Shown here one piece after another: positions 43,451 to 55,642 of a stretch of 64,000 nt of DNA; the first letter of the stretch is position 1, and each line of letters begins with the position of its first letter. The notes beneath the pieces were generated by a model, which made no database searches, had not been told where the DNA came from, and worked only from the letters and a program-made list of their open reading frames with translations. The position numbers and the translations under genes were made by a program. Origin of the DNA: Trypanosoma brucei (Eukaryota); NCBI GenBank assembly GCA_000002445.1, contig CP000068.1, positions 96,001 through 160,000 on the forward strand. The letters are read 5' to 3'.

Positions 43451-44941
43451 TTAGTTCCAATTCCGCACGATCTTTCCGTCCCAGTTCAACTTCTCCCCCT
43501 TCTGCATGGCGTAGTAGCGATGCGTCTTCCAGCGACGCCAAGGTGAACCCGACTTACCCCAATGCGGGTTTGCTTCCCAGTATTTCTCAATACGCTCCTG
43601 CAACAGCGGCGTGAAGTGGCGGGCCAAACCCTGCACGGGCCATGCCGCTGCGGTTGCCAACGCACAGATGGTTCGCCCCTCCAGTTGTTTAGACACATCG
43701 AGCATGGTTCCAACCTCTTCCATACGTGCGTTACCGTGGACGAAGCGTTGCATCATCTTTTCGAGCCATGGGCTTCCTTCACGGCATGGCGTACACTGGC
43801 CACATGACTCATGGGCATAAAACATAGATAAGCGATGGATAGCCGCGATAAGGTCGGTAGATTTATCCATCACTATCACCGCTGCGGTGCCGAGGCCTGT
43901 TTGCGCCTCCTTCAGCGCATCGAAATCCATGAGGACGTTATCACAAATGCTCTTTGGAATAAGAGGACAAGAAGAGCCACCAGGAATGACAGCGAGGAGA
44001 TTGTCCCATCCACCCCGCACGCCACCAGCATGACGCTCAATGAGGTCCCGCAAAGGAATACTCATCTCCTCCTCTACTGTACAGGGCCGGTTGACGTGAC
44101 CGCAAATGCAGAACAGTTTTACCCCAGCATTGTTGCGTCGACCAAATGAATTAAACCACGACGGGCCGCGCCGGAGGATTGTTGGTGACACGGACACGGT
44201 CTCCACATTTGTCACAGTGGTGGGACACCCATAAAGACCGACATTGGCCGGAAAAGGGGGTTTAAGACGTGGCTTTCCTGGTCCACCTTCAATGCTTGAA
44301 ATCATCGCAGTTTCCTCCCCACAGATGTACGCTCCCGCACCGCAGTAAGTGTATAAATCAAAATCGTAACCGCTTCCGCATGCATTGCGGCCCAAGTAAC
44401 CCCGCGCATACGCCTCTTTAATTGCCTGATCCACAGCCCTCCACTCATTGTAAAACTCGCCTCGTATGTAAATGTAACCGTAACGCGCCCGCATGGCAAA
44501 ACCTGCAATGAGAGCCCCCTCTACCAATTTGTGTGGTTCATGCCGCATAATCTCTCGATCCTTACACGTCCCTGGTTCCGATTCATCTCCATTAACGACG
44601 ATGTAACTTGGGCGGCCGTCAGGTTTGGATTTTGGCATGAAGGACCATTTGAGTCCCGATGGGAAACCGGCTCCGCCGCGGCCACGGAGTCCACTGGCCT
44701 TAATTTCATTTATAACCCAGTCGTGTCCCTTCAACAGCAAATCGCGGGTACGATACCAATCCCCTCGTCGCTCAGCACTATCAATATCTGTGCCAAAATC
44801 CTGATAAAGATTAACAAAAATGCGGTCCTGATCCTTCAATCCACCGTGTACCCGCTGCTCCTGCTGAGTTGGTGGTGGTTGAGAAGCTGCTGCCTGAAGC
44901 AAAGACCCCGTAGCGGAAAGAAAACCCACACGCCGGAGCAT
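43451..44941 (-). CDS. NADH dehydrogenase (ubiquinone) flavoprotein 1, the 51 kDa NuoF/NDUFV1 subunit of complex I, with a mitochondrial presequence
   Basis: Signature blocks [15 protein letters not shown] (NADH/FMN site) and [12 protein letters not shown] (4Fe-4S ligands). Overall co-linearity with NuoF. N-terminus [14 protein letters not shown] resembles a matrix-targeting peptide. Confidence 0.9.
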   Translation of the reverse strand: MLRRVGFLSATGSLLQAAASQPPPTQQEQRVHGGLKDQDRIFVNLYQDFGTDIDSAERRGDWYRTRDLLLKGHDWVINEIKASGLRGRGGAGFPSGLKWSFMPKSKPDGRPSYIVVNGDESEPGTCKDREIMRHEPHKLVEGALIAGFAMRARYGYIYIRGEFYNEWRAVDQAIKEAYARGYLGRNACGSGYDFDLYTYCGAGAYICGEETAMISSIEGGPGKPRLKPPFPANVGLYGCPTTVTNVETVSVSPTILRRGPSWFNSFGRRNNAGVKLFCICGHVNRPCTVEEEMSIPLRDLIERHAGGVRGGWDNLLAVIPGGSSCPLIPKSICDNVLMDFDALKEAQTGLGTAAVIVMDKSTDLIAAIHRLSMFYAHESCGQCTPCREGSPWLEKMMQRFVHGNARMEEVGTMLDVSKQLEGRTICALATAAAWPVQGLARHFTPLLQERIEKYWEANPHWGKSGSPWRRWKTHRYYAMQKGEKLNWDGKIVRNWN

Positions 44942-46106
44942 TAATAACTACACACAAGGTTCAATTTGATTACACAAACGCACACAACCACAAATGGTAA
45001 AGGATGTGAATGCCAAAGCGCCTGTTAAGTGAGGAACCTTTTAAAAAAAAAAAAACACACACAAAGAAAGAAAAACAATCCGCGGGCTACGAGCAATAAA
45101 AATTCTGAACGATTTAGTCGCTGCTATTGTTGTTCTTGTTGCTCCCTTGATGATTATAATGATGATGATAATGATGTATATACACACGCGCCCACCTAAC
45201 AGGCACACTACAACTAATTACTACGACTATTAGAAATGATATCTTCCACTACCGCTGCGACTACTGACTGTACACGAAAAAATAAAAATAAAAATAAAAA
45301 AAGAAAATCCGCTACAACCACCACCGTCTTTCCCACACTTTATTTTTTTTTCTCCTTCTCCTTTCTCGCCCTTCGCTTCCTTCTAATAAACTCGGACAAA
45401 ATGTGGAGTCGTGACTGTCTCTTCGTTCTCTTGTGTGTTTTCCTCTATTATTGTTATTATTCTTTTTTTTTTTCTCTCTTCCTTTACTTTTCTTTACTGC
45501 CCTTTGGCGTGGTTGAATCCGCTATTTCCCTAAATGTTGGTTGGGAAGACTTAAGGGCAGGCGGGAAAGAAGGAAGGAAATAGCAGAAAAAAAAAAAAAA
45601 CTCTGCTTCGTCCCGCACAACAAAACACGCGCACGCACCTAATGTAAACCTTCCACTAGTGGACGGATGTTTTTTTTTTACAAAAAAGAAAAAAAAAGTC
45701 ACATGAATAAATGAAAGAGAAAAAGTAAAAGTAAAAAAAAAAAGAGAGAGAAATAGAAACACAGAGATATGAAGCGAGAAAGTAGAGAAAACGAAAAAAA
45801 TTCATACACCATGCAGGCAAACAGCAAACAAGAAATTACCGCAGTAACATAACGGTTGGACGCAAAATACCAATCGTACACCATTATTATTATTTGGCAC
45901 TCTCTCACCCCAAAAAAAAAAAAAACAAAGGTGCCATAAACAACTCATCAAAAATAACAGGAAAAGTAGAAAATAAATAAATAAACATGGAGTGCAATGT
46001 GAAGCCACACCGCAAAGCGCCGTACAGCACGGTTTGTAGTGGGAGCAAATGTAATCATTTGGCAACAATGCAAAATGGTGAAGGGTTGATGTTTGGCAGT
46101 GGTATT

Positions 46107-46142
<36 letters not shown>

Positions 46143-46421
46143 TCAAATATGCATTTACGTACAAGAAAAATGCACACATGTCCGTGTGTGATGCTTTCCA
46201 GTGGGTGAACAATCATCAAATATGTCTACTCAAATTTTACAAGAAAAAAAATCCTGCAGATGGGCACAAATCAGGCAGCCGTGCACCTTTCCAGTAGAAT
46301 ATCATAAGGCAGCAGCAACACATGCGGTAATTAAAGATGTATTCGAAAAATAAAATAAAAATAAAATAAGCTTTATTCCCTCGCCAAACATCATCTCGCA
46401 CCATATCAAGTTGCATTTCCC

Positions 46422-46754
46422 TCATCCTCCTTCATTACCATCACTGCTATTGTTGTTGTTGTTATTATTATTATTATTAATATTATTATTGTTGTGATGA
46501 GTCCAGTTGGGGAGACACCCCGCGAGATGTTGCGCCTGGCAGCTGTGAAATTGTTCCGTAGCTTCCACACAATTTGGAGCCCAAAAACCCTCCACTTCAA
46601 TGCAACGCTGCGCAATGGCCCTCAACTCAACACATGGCGTAATTTCCTCCTGTTCTGCAAGCCGACGCTTAAAACCCTCCGGAACTTCCTCCCAAGGCAT
46701 TTGCCGGCCATTACCCACCGCATAAGTCGTACCGCCACCCTTCAATACAACCAT
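46422..46754 (-). CDS. small twin-Cx9C (CHCH-domain) protein, candidate mitochondrial intermembrane-space protein, 110 aa, with an Asn-repeat C-terminus
   Basis: Two exact C-x9-C pairs, CVELRAIAQRC and CVEATEQFHSC, embedded in helical-looking sequence (PWEEVPEGFKRRLAEQEE...). Same strand as the flanking genes. The C-terminal poly-N tail is encoded by an (ATT/GTT)n microsatellite on the + strand (46440-46492). The ORF sits in an otherwise empty 4.5 kb gap. Confidence 0.45.
   Translation of the reverse strand: MVVLKGGGTTYAVGNGRQMPWEEVPEGFKRRLAEQEEITPCVELRAIAQRCIEVEGFWAPNCVEATEQFHSCQAQHLAGCLPNWTHHNNNNINNNNNNNNNNSSDGNEGG
46440..46492. repeat. (ATT/GTT)n trinucleotide microsatellite that encodes the poly-Asn tail of the CHCH ORF on the - strand
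   Basis: TATTGTTGTTGTTGTTATTATTATTATTATTAATATTATTATTGTTGTG. Confidence 0.9.
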
Positions 46755-49421
46755 AATAACTTCTTTTATTTTTATTTTTATTTTTATTTTATTTTGCCGT
46801 TCTTCTTCTTCCTCTTCCTCCTCACAAGCACTGCCGATATGAAATTAAAAGTATCTAATTGATCAACTAATTAATTAAAATAACTAATGAACTAATGAAC
46901 TAATACGTTGGGGTTAATTGTGGTGAAATGGCCAGAATGAAACAGAGTGATGAGGGTTTAATTAATAAATAAACAAACCCAAACACCCGTACACTTCAGT
47001 TAATGAAGTTATTTCTTCCCTTCAGTCCTTTATTGGACTGAAGCCGTGTGTAACTTAATAACTTGCATATATGACACAACACACAGCAAAAAGAAAAAAA
47101 AGGAAGGAGAAAAAAAGTAAAGAAAAGTAAAGACTTGCGTTACAACACACAACAGCGCAATCATGAAGCACTCCAGCGTCAAAAAAATAAGGTGGAGTTA
47201 CAAATCTTATTTTGTAACCGTCTTTTTTTCTTTAAATAATAACAATAATAATAATTTGTTTATGTATTATTGTTGTTGTTGTTGTTTCTTTATTATTATT
47301 ATTATTTTCCTTTCCTTCATTTGACAGACCTGATACGGCCGAATTGGCTGGCCGCCGGGTGTAGAAAGTAAACCATTTTGGGACATAAACATAAAATTAA
47401 TTAATTAATTAGAAGAAGAGGAGGAGGAAAAAAAAAAAGAGGCATAACGAAAGTGACATTTACTCACTTTGCTGCTCACTCAAAATAAAACAAAACAAAA
47501 AAGAAAAGAAAAGAAAAGAGTTGGGGCACACCGCATTTCCTCATTAATAAAATATTCCTTTGGATTTGTTTTTTTTCTTTTTCTTTTCTTCTCTTCTTTT
47601 GTGTGCGCTGGCGAAGTTCCGCTGATGGGGGAGAAAAGAGAGGAAAAAAAAAAAGAGAAAAAGAAAAACAGGGATTTGTTCCCAAAGAAAAATAAATTAA
47701 ATAAACATGTGAATGGAAGGAGGGAGAAACAAAAAAAACAAATAAATAAATAATAATAATAAAAAGAAAGAAAGAGGGGCCACTGAGACAATTTGCTGCC
47801 ACAAAGAGGAATCCCTCATATCCACTCCCTTTTATTTCCTTCCATTACTAAATCTTTTTTTTTTCGCTTCGTTTCGTTTTTGTTTTTGTTTCGTTTCGTT
47901 TTTGTTGTTAAAAAAAAAAAAAAAGAGGAACGTGTCAGAAATGAGTAAATGATTTAAGGGAATCTTAAATAAATAAATGCATGGGAAATGTTGAGGATGA
48001 TTTGATACCGACGACATATCGCCCATTTATTTTTTGTTGTCGTTTGCTTTTCTTTTTCTTTTTCTTTTTTTCTTTTTTTTTTCAAGAAAAAAAAACTGCG
48101 CGCGATATTCCCTTTATTTATTCATTCATTCATTCTCACTTTAATTCGTACCTATCCGTATGATGATAATAATAATAATAATAACAACATTAATTATTAT
48201 ATTGAAATGCTATACCTTGAAATAGTAGTAGGTAATGATAATAAAATAGATTTTTTTTAAAAAATAAAAACACAACACACAACACACAACACGCCACCAA
48301 ATCATATGAAACGTAATAAAATATCAACAGCAGAAATAATAATAATGTTTGTTGCCGTTTCATATCGCATAATATATTTTACGCATGGACCTGCAGCAGG
48401 AGGTTTAAATGAGGCATTTTGGGAGATAATTCGGGCTGAAAGTCTCGAAAAAATGAAGAATAAAAAAATAGAATAAAAAAAACCGTCAAAAGGTGAGTTG
48501 TGAAGCATTGCAATGCAGCGAAGACGCAGCGATATAAATAAATATAAATATATGATAAATAAAATGATAATGATATAAACAAATCATTTTATTTTACCTT
48601 ATTTTAATATCTTCCTCTTTCCCCTCCAGTGTGCAGTTACGCATGTCCATTTTCTACCATAAACACAATAAACAACACATCTTTTATTTATTTATTTTTT
48701 TCTTTTCTTTTCTTTTCCTTTAAAATTTTTTTAAAAAAAAAAAATTATGTTTAGGCTGCAGGTCATCCCACCCACCCATTTCAAACACTAATTCGTTTTT
48801 GGTTTTGTTTTTTTTTTTAATTTTCCCTCCTCTTTATTTCCTCTGCTTGCGTTGTTAAAATCATACAACCTCTTAATTATTTTCAGCACTCTGACAAAAA
48901 CCAACAGAGGTGCGAAATAAATATTTTTCTCCCTCACGCGTCTCCTCTATTTTTTTTTTCACAAATAAAATAAAAGAAATTCATCAGGTCACTTCACCAT
49001 CTACAAATTATTAATTATTTTTCCTTTGATTTGCTTCGTTATTGACGTTACTATCACACTTTTTTTTTCTTTTTCCTTTTTGAACTACAGCCAACTGGGT
49101 TGTTCATTCTCCGAAACAAAAAAAAACAATAAAAATAAATAAAAATAAAGTGGCTAAATTATAAACAAACACTTTCACCACAATGTCACCCACTTGCAAA
49201 CTTATACTCACACACTCACAATCTCACATACACAGAAACATATAAATATATAAATATATATAATATTTCTTTTTAAAATTTCTCAGCTTCCCATTCCAGA
49301 AATGCCGGTAAACATCTCCTCCTCCTCCTCTACTTTATTCTCTTTTTTTTTCTTCTTTTTTTCTTCTTTTTTTCTTCCTTCACCACATGCACTTCTTTTT
49401 ATTATACTTTCCCCTCATCTC

Positions 49422-51164
49422 TCACATAATCTCAACAAGTTTTGTCTTCCGTGCCGCCAAAACAATACCGGACCGCTTGGAACGCCATAATGTTGCGTAA
49501 CACACAAGCGCTGATAATGTCATGGAAACACTCATCACAACACACACAAACGCATAACTCCCATTATTACGAAGTTGAATAGTTGCTTGCATGGGAGGTG
49601 CCACAAAACCACCCACCACACCTGCGAGAAATACAGCACCAAAATAAAAACCCAAATTAGGTCCATACAAATGCGTAGCGATAAGAGTTGGCATCACGGC
49701 AAACATACCCGCCATGCAGAAACCAATGATGCAAAGCAACAACGCAAAGGCAACGTAACTGCGGCCAAGGGCGAGAAGGCCACAACCGATACCACCAACA
49801 GTAGCACAGAAAACATATGCAAATTCAGCAGTAACTAATGAGGCGAGCCAACCAACAAGTACGGAACCAACAACTTGAAAGACACCATAAAAAGTGAAGA
49901 GGGTGGCGGCAACATCAGTTGGAATGGGCGGTACACCTGCATAAACAGTGCCTGGTTTACCCATAGACGAAATGTAAGGCACGGCTGCGTAAATGAGCGA
50001 GTAAAAAGCCCAACTGTATATGAACCAGCAAAGAAAGTTACCCATGAAAGGGAGAGTAAACATAGAGAGGAATAGTTCCCATGGTGTGAGCTTGTGGGTG
50101 TGGAGACTGCGTATTACCTGTGGTTCGTCTGCATCCATACTTGTATCCATATCAACATCAATAGCAGATGCAAAGGTGTTGTTCCTTTGACTTTGTTCAG
50201 TAACGTCCAAACCCTCACCATCATTCCCATTTTGCTGATTCGTGCCCACACCCCTCCCGTTAGGTGGAACCTTTGAGGTGTTGGTATGGCTGCCATTTTT
50301 CCTGCCCATTTCCCTCACGTCTTCTTTACCTTCATTGTGTCCATTATTCGCTGCTCCTTCTCCCCCCACAGTTGCCGGTTCATTACTTCTTCTGACCAAA
50401 CTTCCATTACCGGATTTATTTCCTTCCCGGGTTTCATCATCAGCGCTGCTGTCGTCTCTTTTGGGTTCACGGCGGCGAGCGGAAAGGGCGGTTGCGAGCA
50501 CTCCAATCGCACAAAATATCGACATAAGTTGAAAAGCCTTACGCCAGCCATATGCAACAACCCATTTCCCTGCTAATGGTGGAATAATGGCACTTCCAAT
50601 ACCTCCACCAGCAAAGTTAATTCCCATAGCCAGTCCCTGATAACGATTGAACCAAGAACTAGTTGCAGCAGCCCCAGGTGATAACATACATGCCGTACCA
50701 ATAGATGCAAAAAGGCAGTAAGTAAAAGTTACAACATAAATGTTCGCGGCGAGGGTTGAACTGATCCACAAACCAGTGAAGAGCAAAATGGTGGAAAGCG
50801 CCATCATGAACCGCGGCGGGAGCCGATCGACACAAAATCCTGCGAGAACACCAAAGGCAGGTGAAAGCCCCAACGAAACGGAATTTCCAAGACTAATTGC
50901 CGTTATGGAGGGAAACCCAAGTGACGGATCATTGTGCATATCCTCTGAGAAAATGGAATAACTGTTGTCAATACCATATGACATCAGTTGCATCAACAAC
51001 CCCGAAAGGGCCACGAGGTAACCGATTGGGTGGTCGGCGGGTTTACGGGTGAAACTTGGAAGCATAACTTTTTGCTTTTCTTCTTCTTTTCCGTATATAT
51101 TTAATATATATATATATATATACTTTCTGCTTATGCTCGTATTGGTATTCCGTTTCTCACCCAC
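49422..51164 (-). CDS. major facilitator superfamily-type transporter, roughly 12 TM, with a hydrophilic central loop of about 130 aa. The longest ORF is 580 aa; the likely real start is at 51065 (MLPSFTRKPADHP...).
   Basis: Alternating hydrophobic helices with Gly-rich MFS-like motifs (GINFAGGGIGSAIIPPLAG, FYFGAVFLAGVVGGFVAPP). A charged, N/G/S-rich central loop between two 6-helix halves. The first 33 codons of the longest ORF read through a (TA)n tract and are probably not coding. Confidence 0.7.
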   Translation of the reverse strand: MGEKRNTNTSISRKYIYIYILNIYGKEEEKQKVMLPSFTRKPADHPIGYLVALSGLLMQLMSYGIDNSYSIFSEDMHNDPSLGFPSITAISLGNSVSLGLSPAFGVLAGFCVDRLPPRFMMALSTILLFTGLWISSTLAANIYVVTFTYCLFASIGTACMLSPGAAATSSWFNRYQGLAMGINFAGGGIGSAIIPPLAGKWVVAYGWRKAFQLMSIFCAIGVLATALSARRREPKRDDSSADDETREGNKSGNGSLVRRSNEPATVGGEGAANNGHNEGKEDVREMGRKNGSHTNTSKVPPNGRGVGTNQQNGNDGEGLDVTEQSQRNNTFASAIDVDMDTSMDADEPQVIRSLHTHKLTPWELFLSMFTLPFMGNFLCWFIYSWAFYSLIYAAVPYISSMGKPGTVYAGVPPIPTDVAATLFTFYGVFQVVGSVLVGWLASLVTAEFAYVFCATVGGIGCGLLALGRSYVAFALLLCIIGFCMAGMFAVMPTLIATHLYGPNLGFYFGAVFLAGVVGGFVAPPMQATIQLRNNGSYAFVCVVMSVSMTLSALVCYATLWRSKRSGIVLAARKTKLVEIM

Positions 51165-53699
51165 ACTGCTTTTTTTTGTTTTATTTTGTTTTGTTTGTTC
51201 TGCTTGACTTTATTTTATTTTTTTTTATTATTATTATTTTTTTTTTTCCTTCACCCCCTTCAACTTACACTCCGCGCCTCTCTCCCTTAATTCAATGTGT
51301 AATGTTGTATCCCCGGGTTCCTTCTCGTCTTAATGTAAATTTGATGGGCACTTCGGTGTGATTTACAGATTTCAACTGAATATATAAGTGAACACGCCAC
51401 CACTTATTGAATAATACGAAACGGAAACGGCAGCGACTCCACAACAAATATGTTGCTGTCAGTAACACTTCAAGTTCTTTACTTCACTGTTTTACTAATA
51501 CGCTTGATTGATTTGTTTGTTTGTTTGTTTCGTTATTGTTATTGTTATTGCTATTCTTCACTTTGGTATGATTATCACTTGTGTAGCTCCCCTAATATTG
51601 TCCAGTTGTTTGCTTTAAAATAATATCTTACTATTCATTTTGTATTTATATTTGTGTGCATGTGTGTGTGTGTGTGTGTGTTTTTTAATTTTGAATTTGT
51701 GTAACCCACGTAATGTCAACGACAGTAGTGGAAATAAAGTTAATTTGTTTTGTTCAAAGAAAGTTAAGAAAAAAAAAATCCGAGAGGAGAGGAGAGGAGA
51801 GGAGAGGAAATTGCATGACATGAATTACAGAACACCTACTTTTGGTTTATGTTTCTCCAAGAAAGAAAGAAAAAGAAAAAAAAAGAAAATCAATCACTTT
51901 TCCCAATGAGAAAAATATTTACAATCTCTAATTTTCTCCATACGTGTCTCTTCTCTCATAATCTTCCCAATATTTATATTTATATATGCTTTCAGACAGA
52001 AAAACGGGCATTAAAATAAATACAAAATGATAAGGTGTAATAAGGAAAGATAATGAAAACGACGAGAAAGCAAAAAAAAAAAAACTTCAAAGAAAAAAAC
52101 TTAAAGAGGATAGACAAAGATAAAGATATATGCTTCCATGCCCACGCAAAAGGAAGTTTATGTGTATGAAAGGGAGAGAGAGACAAGACAAGACAAGACA
52201 AGACAAAGGAAAGAAAAGAGAAGATAAAAAGAAGATAAAAAGAAAAAAAGGAATGAAAGAAAACACTGAGACTGAGGCTTCAGAGCCTAACGGTCGGAGG
52301 AGAAGTAAATATTTTTTTTTTAAAACAAAAAAAAGGTAAAGAAGGAACGCATGACGAGATGTGCAATCACTTGCATATAAATGTTGATCATAATTATTAT
52401 CGCACATGCATGCATAAATGCATATAAATATAAATATATATATATATTTATATTTATATTATTTGTGTGACCACTACACATGACGTGGGGAGGCAAAAAA
52501 AAAAAAAAGTAGCTGTTTAAAATACAACATATGACGCGAAGAGCAAAAAGAACCATCACCAAAAACTCAAGGTTCTCACAAGAACAAATTAAAAAAAGAA
52601 AAAAGAAAAAAAGAGAAACCAACAACTATCCCTAATAGGAATATAATACTTTAGAGATGAGACGTCTCTCCCTTCTGTTTCTTCTCACTTGAACCCACAT
52701 GTGGTGCGCTTCATTTCTGATGTTAAATCACGTCATTATAAATTTTTAAAACATGTACCGCCACCATCACCAGCGCGTTTCCCTCCTCCCCCCTCCTCCT
52801 CCGTTATTTTCTTTTTTTTTTAAAAATAAATACACGCGTATCCCTTAATTATTTCCCTTAACCAAATGCATTCCCCTCATTCAAAAATCACTTATCATTT
52901 CCCCATTTTTTTCATCGGCACTTTTGGCGCTTTTGGCGTTGTTTTATTCTCTGCTTTTTTTTTTCTCTTTTCAACATTGCGGTCAGTTGATTGGTTCCGT
53001 TATTTCTTCAATGAGTCACATTCATATATATATTTTTTTTATTTTATTTTATTTTTTCTCACGCCCTCACACAACCAGACACACATCCAAGTGCGTTTAT
53101 ATATATATATATATACATGTATTTATGTATTTATATGAGCGTCTTCTTTTCTTTTCTTTTTCTTTCCTCCTTTCCGAAACATTTAATCAAATATTCGCTA
53201 CACGTTTTATCATCTCTCTTTCTCTCGTTTTCTTTCCTCTTTTTTTTTCTTTTATTTTTCCATCCTCCTCGCTTCATATTGTGCCGTACACCTCTCTAAG
53301 CAGCGTTTAAAAAAAAAAAAAAAGACGAAAAACAAAACAAAACAATCACACACATTTTTTTTTTAAAAATCATTTTTTGCGCTCGCGCTGTTTTGGCGTT
53401 TCCAAACAAACGCATGGGGTTAAATGCGCACATACGCACATACGCACGTATGTAGTCATAAGAAAAAAAAAAACACACAGAACAGCAAATTATAAATAAT
53501 AAATAACGGTAAGAAGCAACAAAAACTATTATAATAATTTTGAAAAAGAAAAATAAAAAAAAGAAAAAAAAACAATCACCTGCAAATCGAAATCTCGAAG
53601 GAAAGGGGGAAAAGGAAAGAAAGAGAGAAAGAAAACAATGCGAACACAGACACATACACGCGTGCATATGCAAATACGCAACCATGTAAGTAAATATAT

Positions 53700-53820
53700 A
53701 TAAATAAATAAATATTTATATTTATATATTTATATATATTTATATATATTTATATATTTATATATTTATATTTATATATTTATATATTTATATATATTTA
53801 TATTTATATATATATATACA
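53700..53820. repeat. AT-only minisatellite (TATATATT / TATATTTA units)
   Basis: Repeated TTTATATATATTTATATAT... periodicity over about 120 bp inside a 2.7 kb low-complexity intergenic region. Confidence 0.85.
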
Positions 53821-53850
53821 TACCATTACACCTTTGTAGGAAATACTAAC

Positions 53851-54804
53851 TCACCTCGTAATACTCCACATGAGTGGCCCGCGCCTGCAGAAGGGACAAT
53901 TGCCCAAAAGTTGTGCATCTCCAACGCATAAAATGTTTCCACAACACAAAAGCTCCACAAAACAACCTTCAGGTGGAGCCTCTAAACATACACCGCACAC
54001 ATCCTCCGATTCTCCAAAAGGTGCTGATGACTGCAGAAAAGCTGGTGGGACAAGTTGAACAGCGGGGGGCACCGATATAACCTTTTCTTTTCCGCCTCCT
54101 TGCGAAACTGTGGATGAAGCCAAAGTAGACAAGGAAGCATTTGCCGCATCTCTTTGCTCACCATCACCATCACCATCATCACTAGAATATCCTCGCCTAA
54201 GTTGGTTCCCTCCACCACCATAAACATTATTGTTATTATTATTATTATTATTGTCATTGTTGTTATTATGACTACTATTACCATTACTATTTCCCTCCCT
54301 CTGTAAGTTGGCAGCACCGACACGGTTAAGGCTTAGGCATCCGCTACCACTATGGCGCCCAGCCAAAAGAATATTTGCATTTGCCTCTGCAACACTACTG
54401 CTGAAGGGTTCAGATGAGGTGGCACTACGCTCTGCCATTTCTATTCCCCTCCGTGTGGGTGCCATTACATTTGATTCTGCTGCATATGTCACCGCTATGG
54501 TGCTTGCCGCTGGAGAATTCATTCCCGTTCCCGTTCCCGTTAATCTTCTTCTTTCTTCTGTTGTTGTTGATGGGGGTGTTGGGGATTGCAGTAGCCGGCG
54601 TTGTCCAGCAGCATGCATTACCTTAAGGAGTGTTGGTTGCGAGAGTTTTATTGCCCGCCTCCGCTTGTTGCTGTCGTTGATGTCCGTCACGTCCACGTGT
54701 TTGCTCTCTGTTAGCGTTGATTTCGAAGGCAAAAGGGAAAGCAAAAGAAGAAAAATAAAATAAAATACTGGAAATACAGAAAATACTAACAGCGAATACG
54801 TCAA
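53851..54804 (-). CDS. C-terminal RING-like (C4C4-type) zinc finger protein. The longest ORF is 317 aa; the probable start is at 54618 (MHAAGQRRLL...).
   Basis: C-terminal CGVCLEAPPEGCFVELLCCGNILCVGDAQLLGNCPFCRRGP: eight Cys in RING spacing, no His. The N-terminal 62 codons of the longest ORF (MTYSLLVFSVFPVFYFIFLLLL...) translate the polypyrimidine tract that precedes the probable splice acceptor, so they are likely spurious. Long poly-N and Gly-rich low-complexity middle. Confidence 0.55.
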   Translation of the reverse strand: MTYSLLVFSVFPVFYFIFLLLLSLLPSKSTLTESKHVDVTDINDSNKRRRAIKLSQPTLLKVMHAAGQRRLLQSPTPPSTTTEERRRLTGTGTGMNSPAASTIAVTYAAESNVMAPTRRGIEMAERSATSSEPFSSSVAEANANILLAGRHSGSGCLSLNRVGAANLQREGNSNGNSSHNNNNDNNNNNNNNNVYGGGGNQLRRGYSSDDGDGDGEQRDAANASLSTLASSTVSQGGGKEKVISVPPAVQLVPPAFLQSSAPFGESEDVCGVCLEAPPEGCFVELLCCGNILCVGDAQLLGNCPFCRRGPLMWSITR

Positions 54805-55642
54805 GTTTGTACTAGAGGCATGAAAACGGCAGAAACCGCGACTACCTTCTCCTCGGACACCTTTACACGTTTCTCATTAAGCACTGCAATTCCCTTTCCA
54901 CCACTCAACAAATAACATACAAATAACGTGACTGTTTCAATCTCACCGGATGACCTGGAAAGAAGCGCCCGCAATGGAAGTGTCTTCATGACGCCCATCA
55001 CACAACACAATCGAACTGTAAAAAAAAAAAAAGAAAAATGCGACCTAACTTTGTGTCCCTCATTTGTTCCTTTCAATATTTAATTGCATGGGGAATGTAA
55101 TTATGGGAAAGCGCGTTGCGACTGCACAAATATATATATAACAGGTTGCCGTAGCGTACCCCATTATGTAGATGTCAACGTGTCCCAATGAGCAACGCCT
55201 TAGTATTTATGTCTCCGCTACTGGCCGTCACCACCGTTGCATTTCCTCCACAACTCACCGACCGAAAGGGAAAAAAAAAAAACTGAGAACGGAAAAGACG
55301 CTTTCCGGTGCGAATAACGAAGAAAACTGTTAGGAAGGGAGCACCCACTTGGATAAAGCCAAAAAAACGATATTTGCTCTTCCCTTTCGTGCGTAACCCC
55401 TCTCCTTGAGCTATGGAACAACAATTGTGCCATGTGCCAAACGATGCTCGAAGTCACAAGTAACCGGCCATAAGTAACTGCGACGCACGGCAGCGAAAGC
55501 AATCTCCATGTGTAACTAGTAACCACAGCGCACATATATACGCATATGTGCATATATATGTTTATAAACATGTGGGCGGGTGGGTGAACCCCGTTCAAAC
55601 CATTTCACTCCCCTCCCATCAGCCTCCACTTCAGTGTAATCC

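Noticed and set aside
47469-48163. ORFs of 60-108 aa in the 47.4-48.2 kb and 52.0-53.7 kb spacers (K/E-rich or F/L/S-rich)
   Set aside because: They are translations of A-rich or T-rich homopolymeric and microsatellite sequence in several overlapping frames. No domain-like composition.
49422-51164. Use of the longest ORFs as true N-termini for the transporter (51164), the RING protein (54804) and the sialidase (41317)
   Set aside because: The extra N-terminal codons translate (TA)n or polypyrimidine splice-acceptor tracts (F/L/S/Y-rich), or lack a signal peptide. Internal Met starts (51065, 54618, 41236) are more plausible. The longest-ORF coordinates are kept in the feature table with the alternatives stated.
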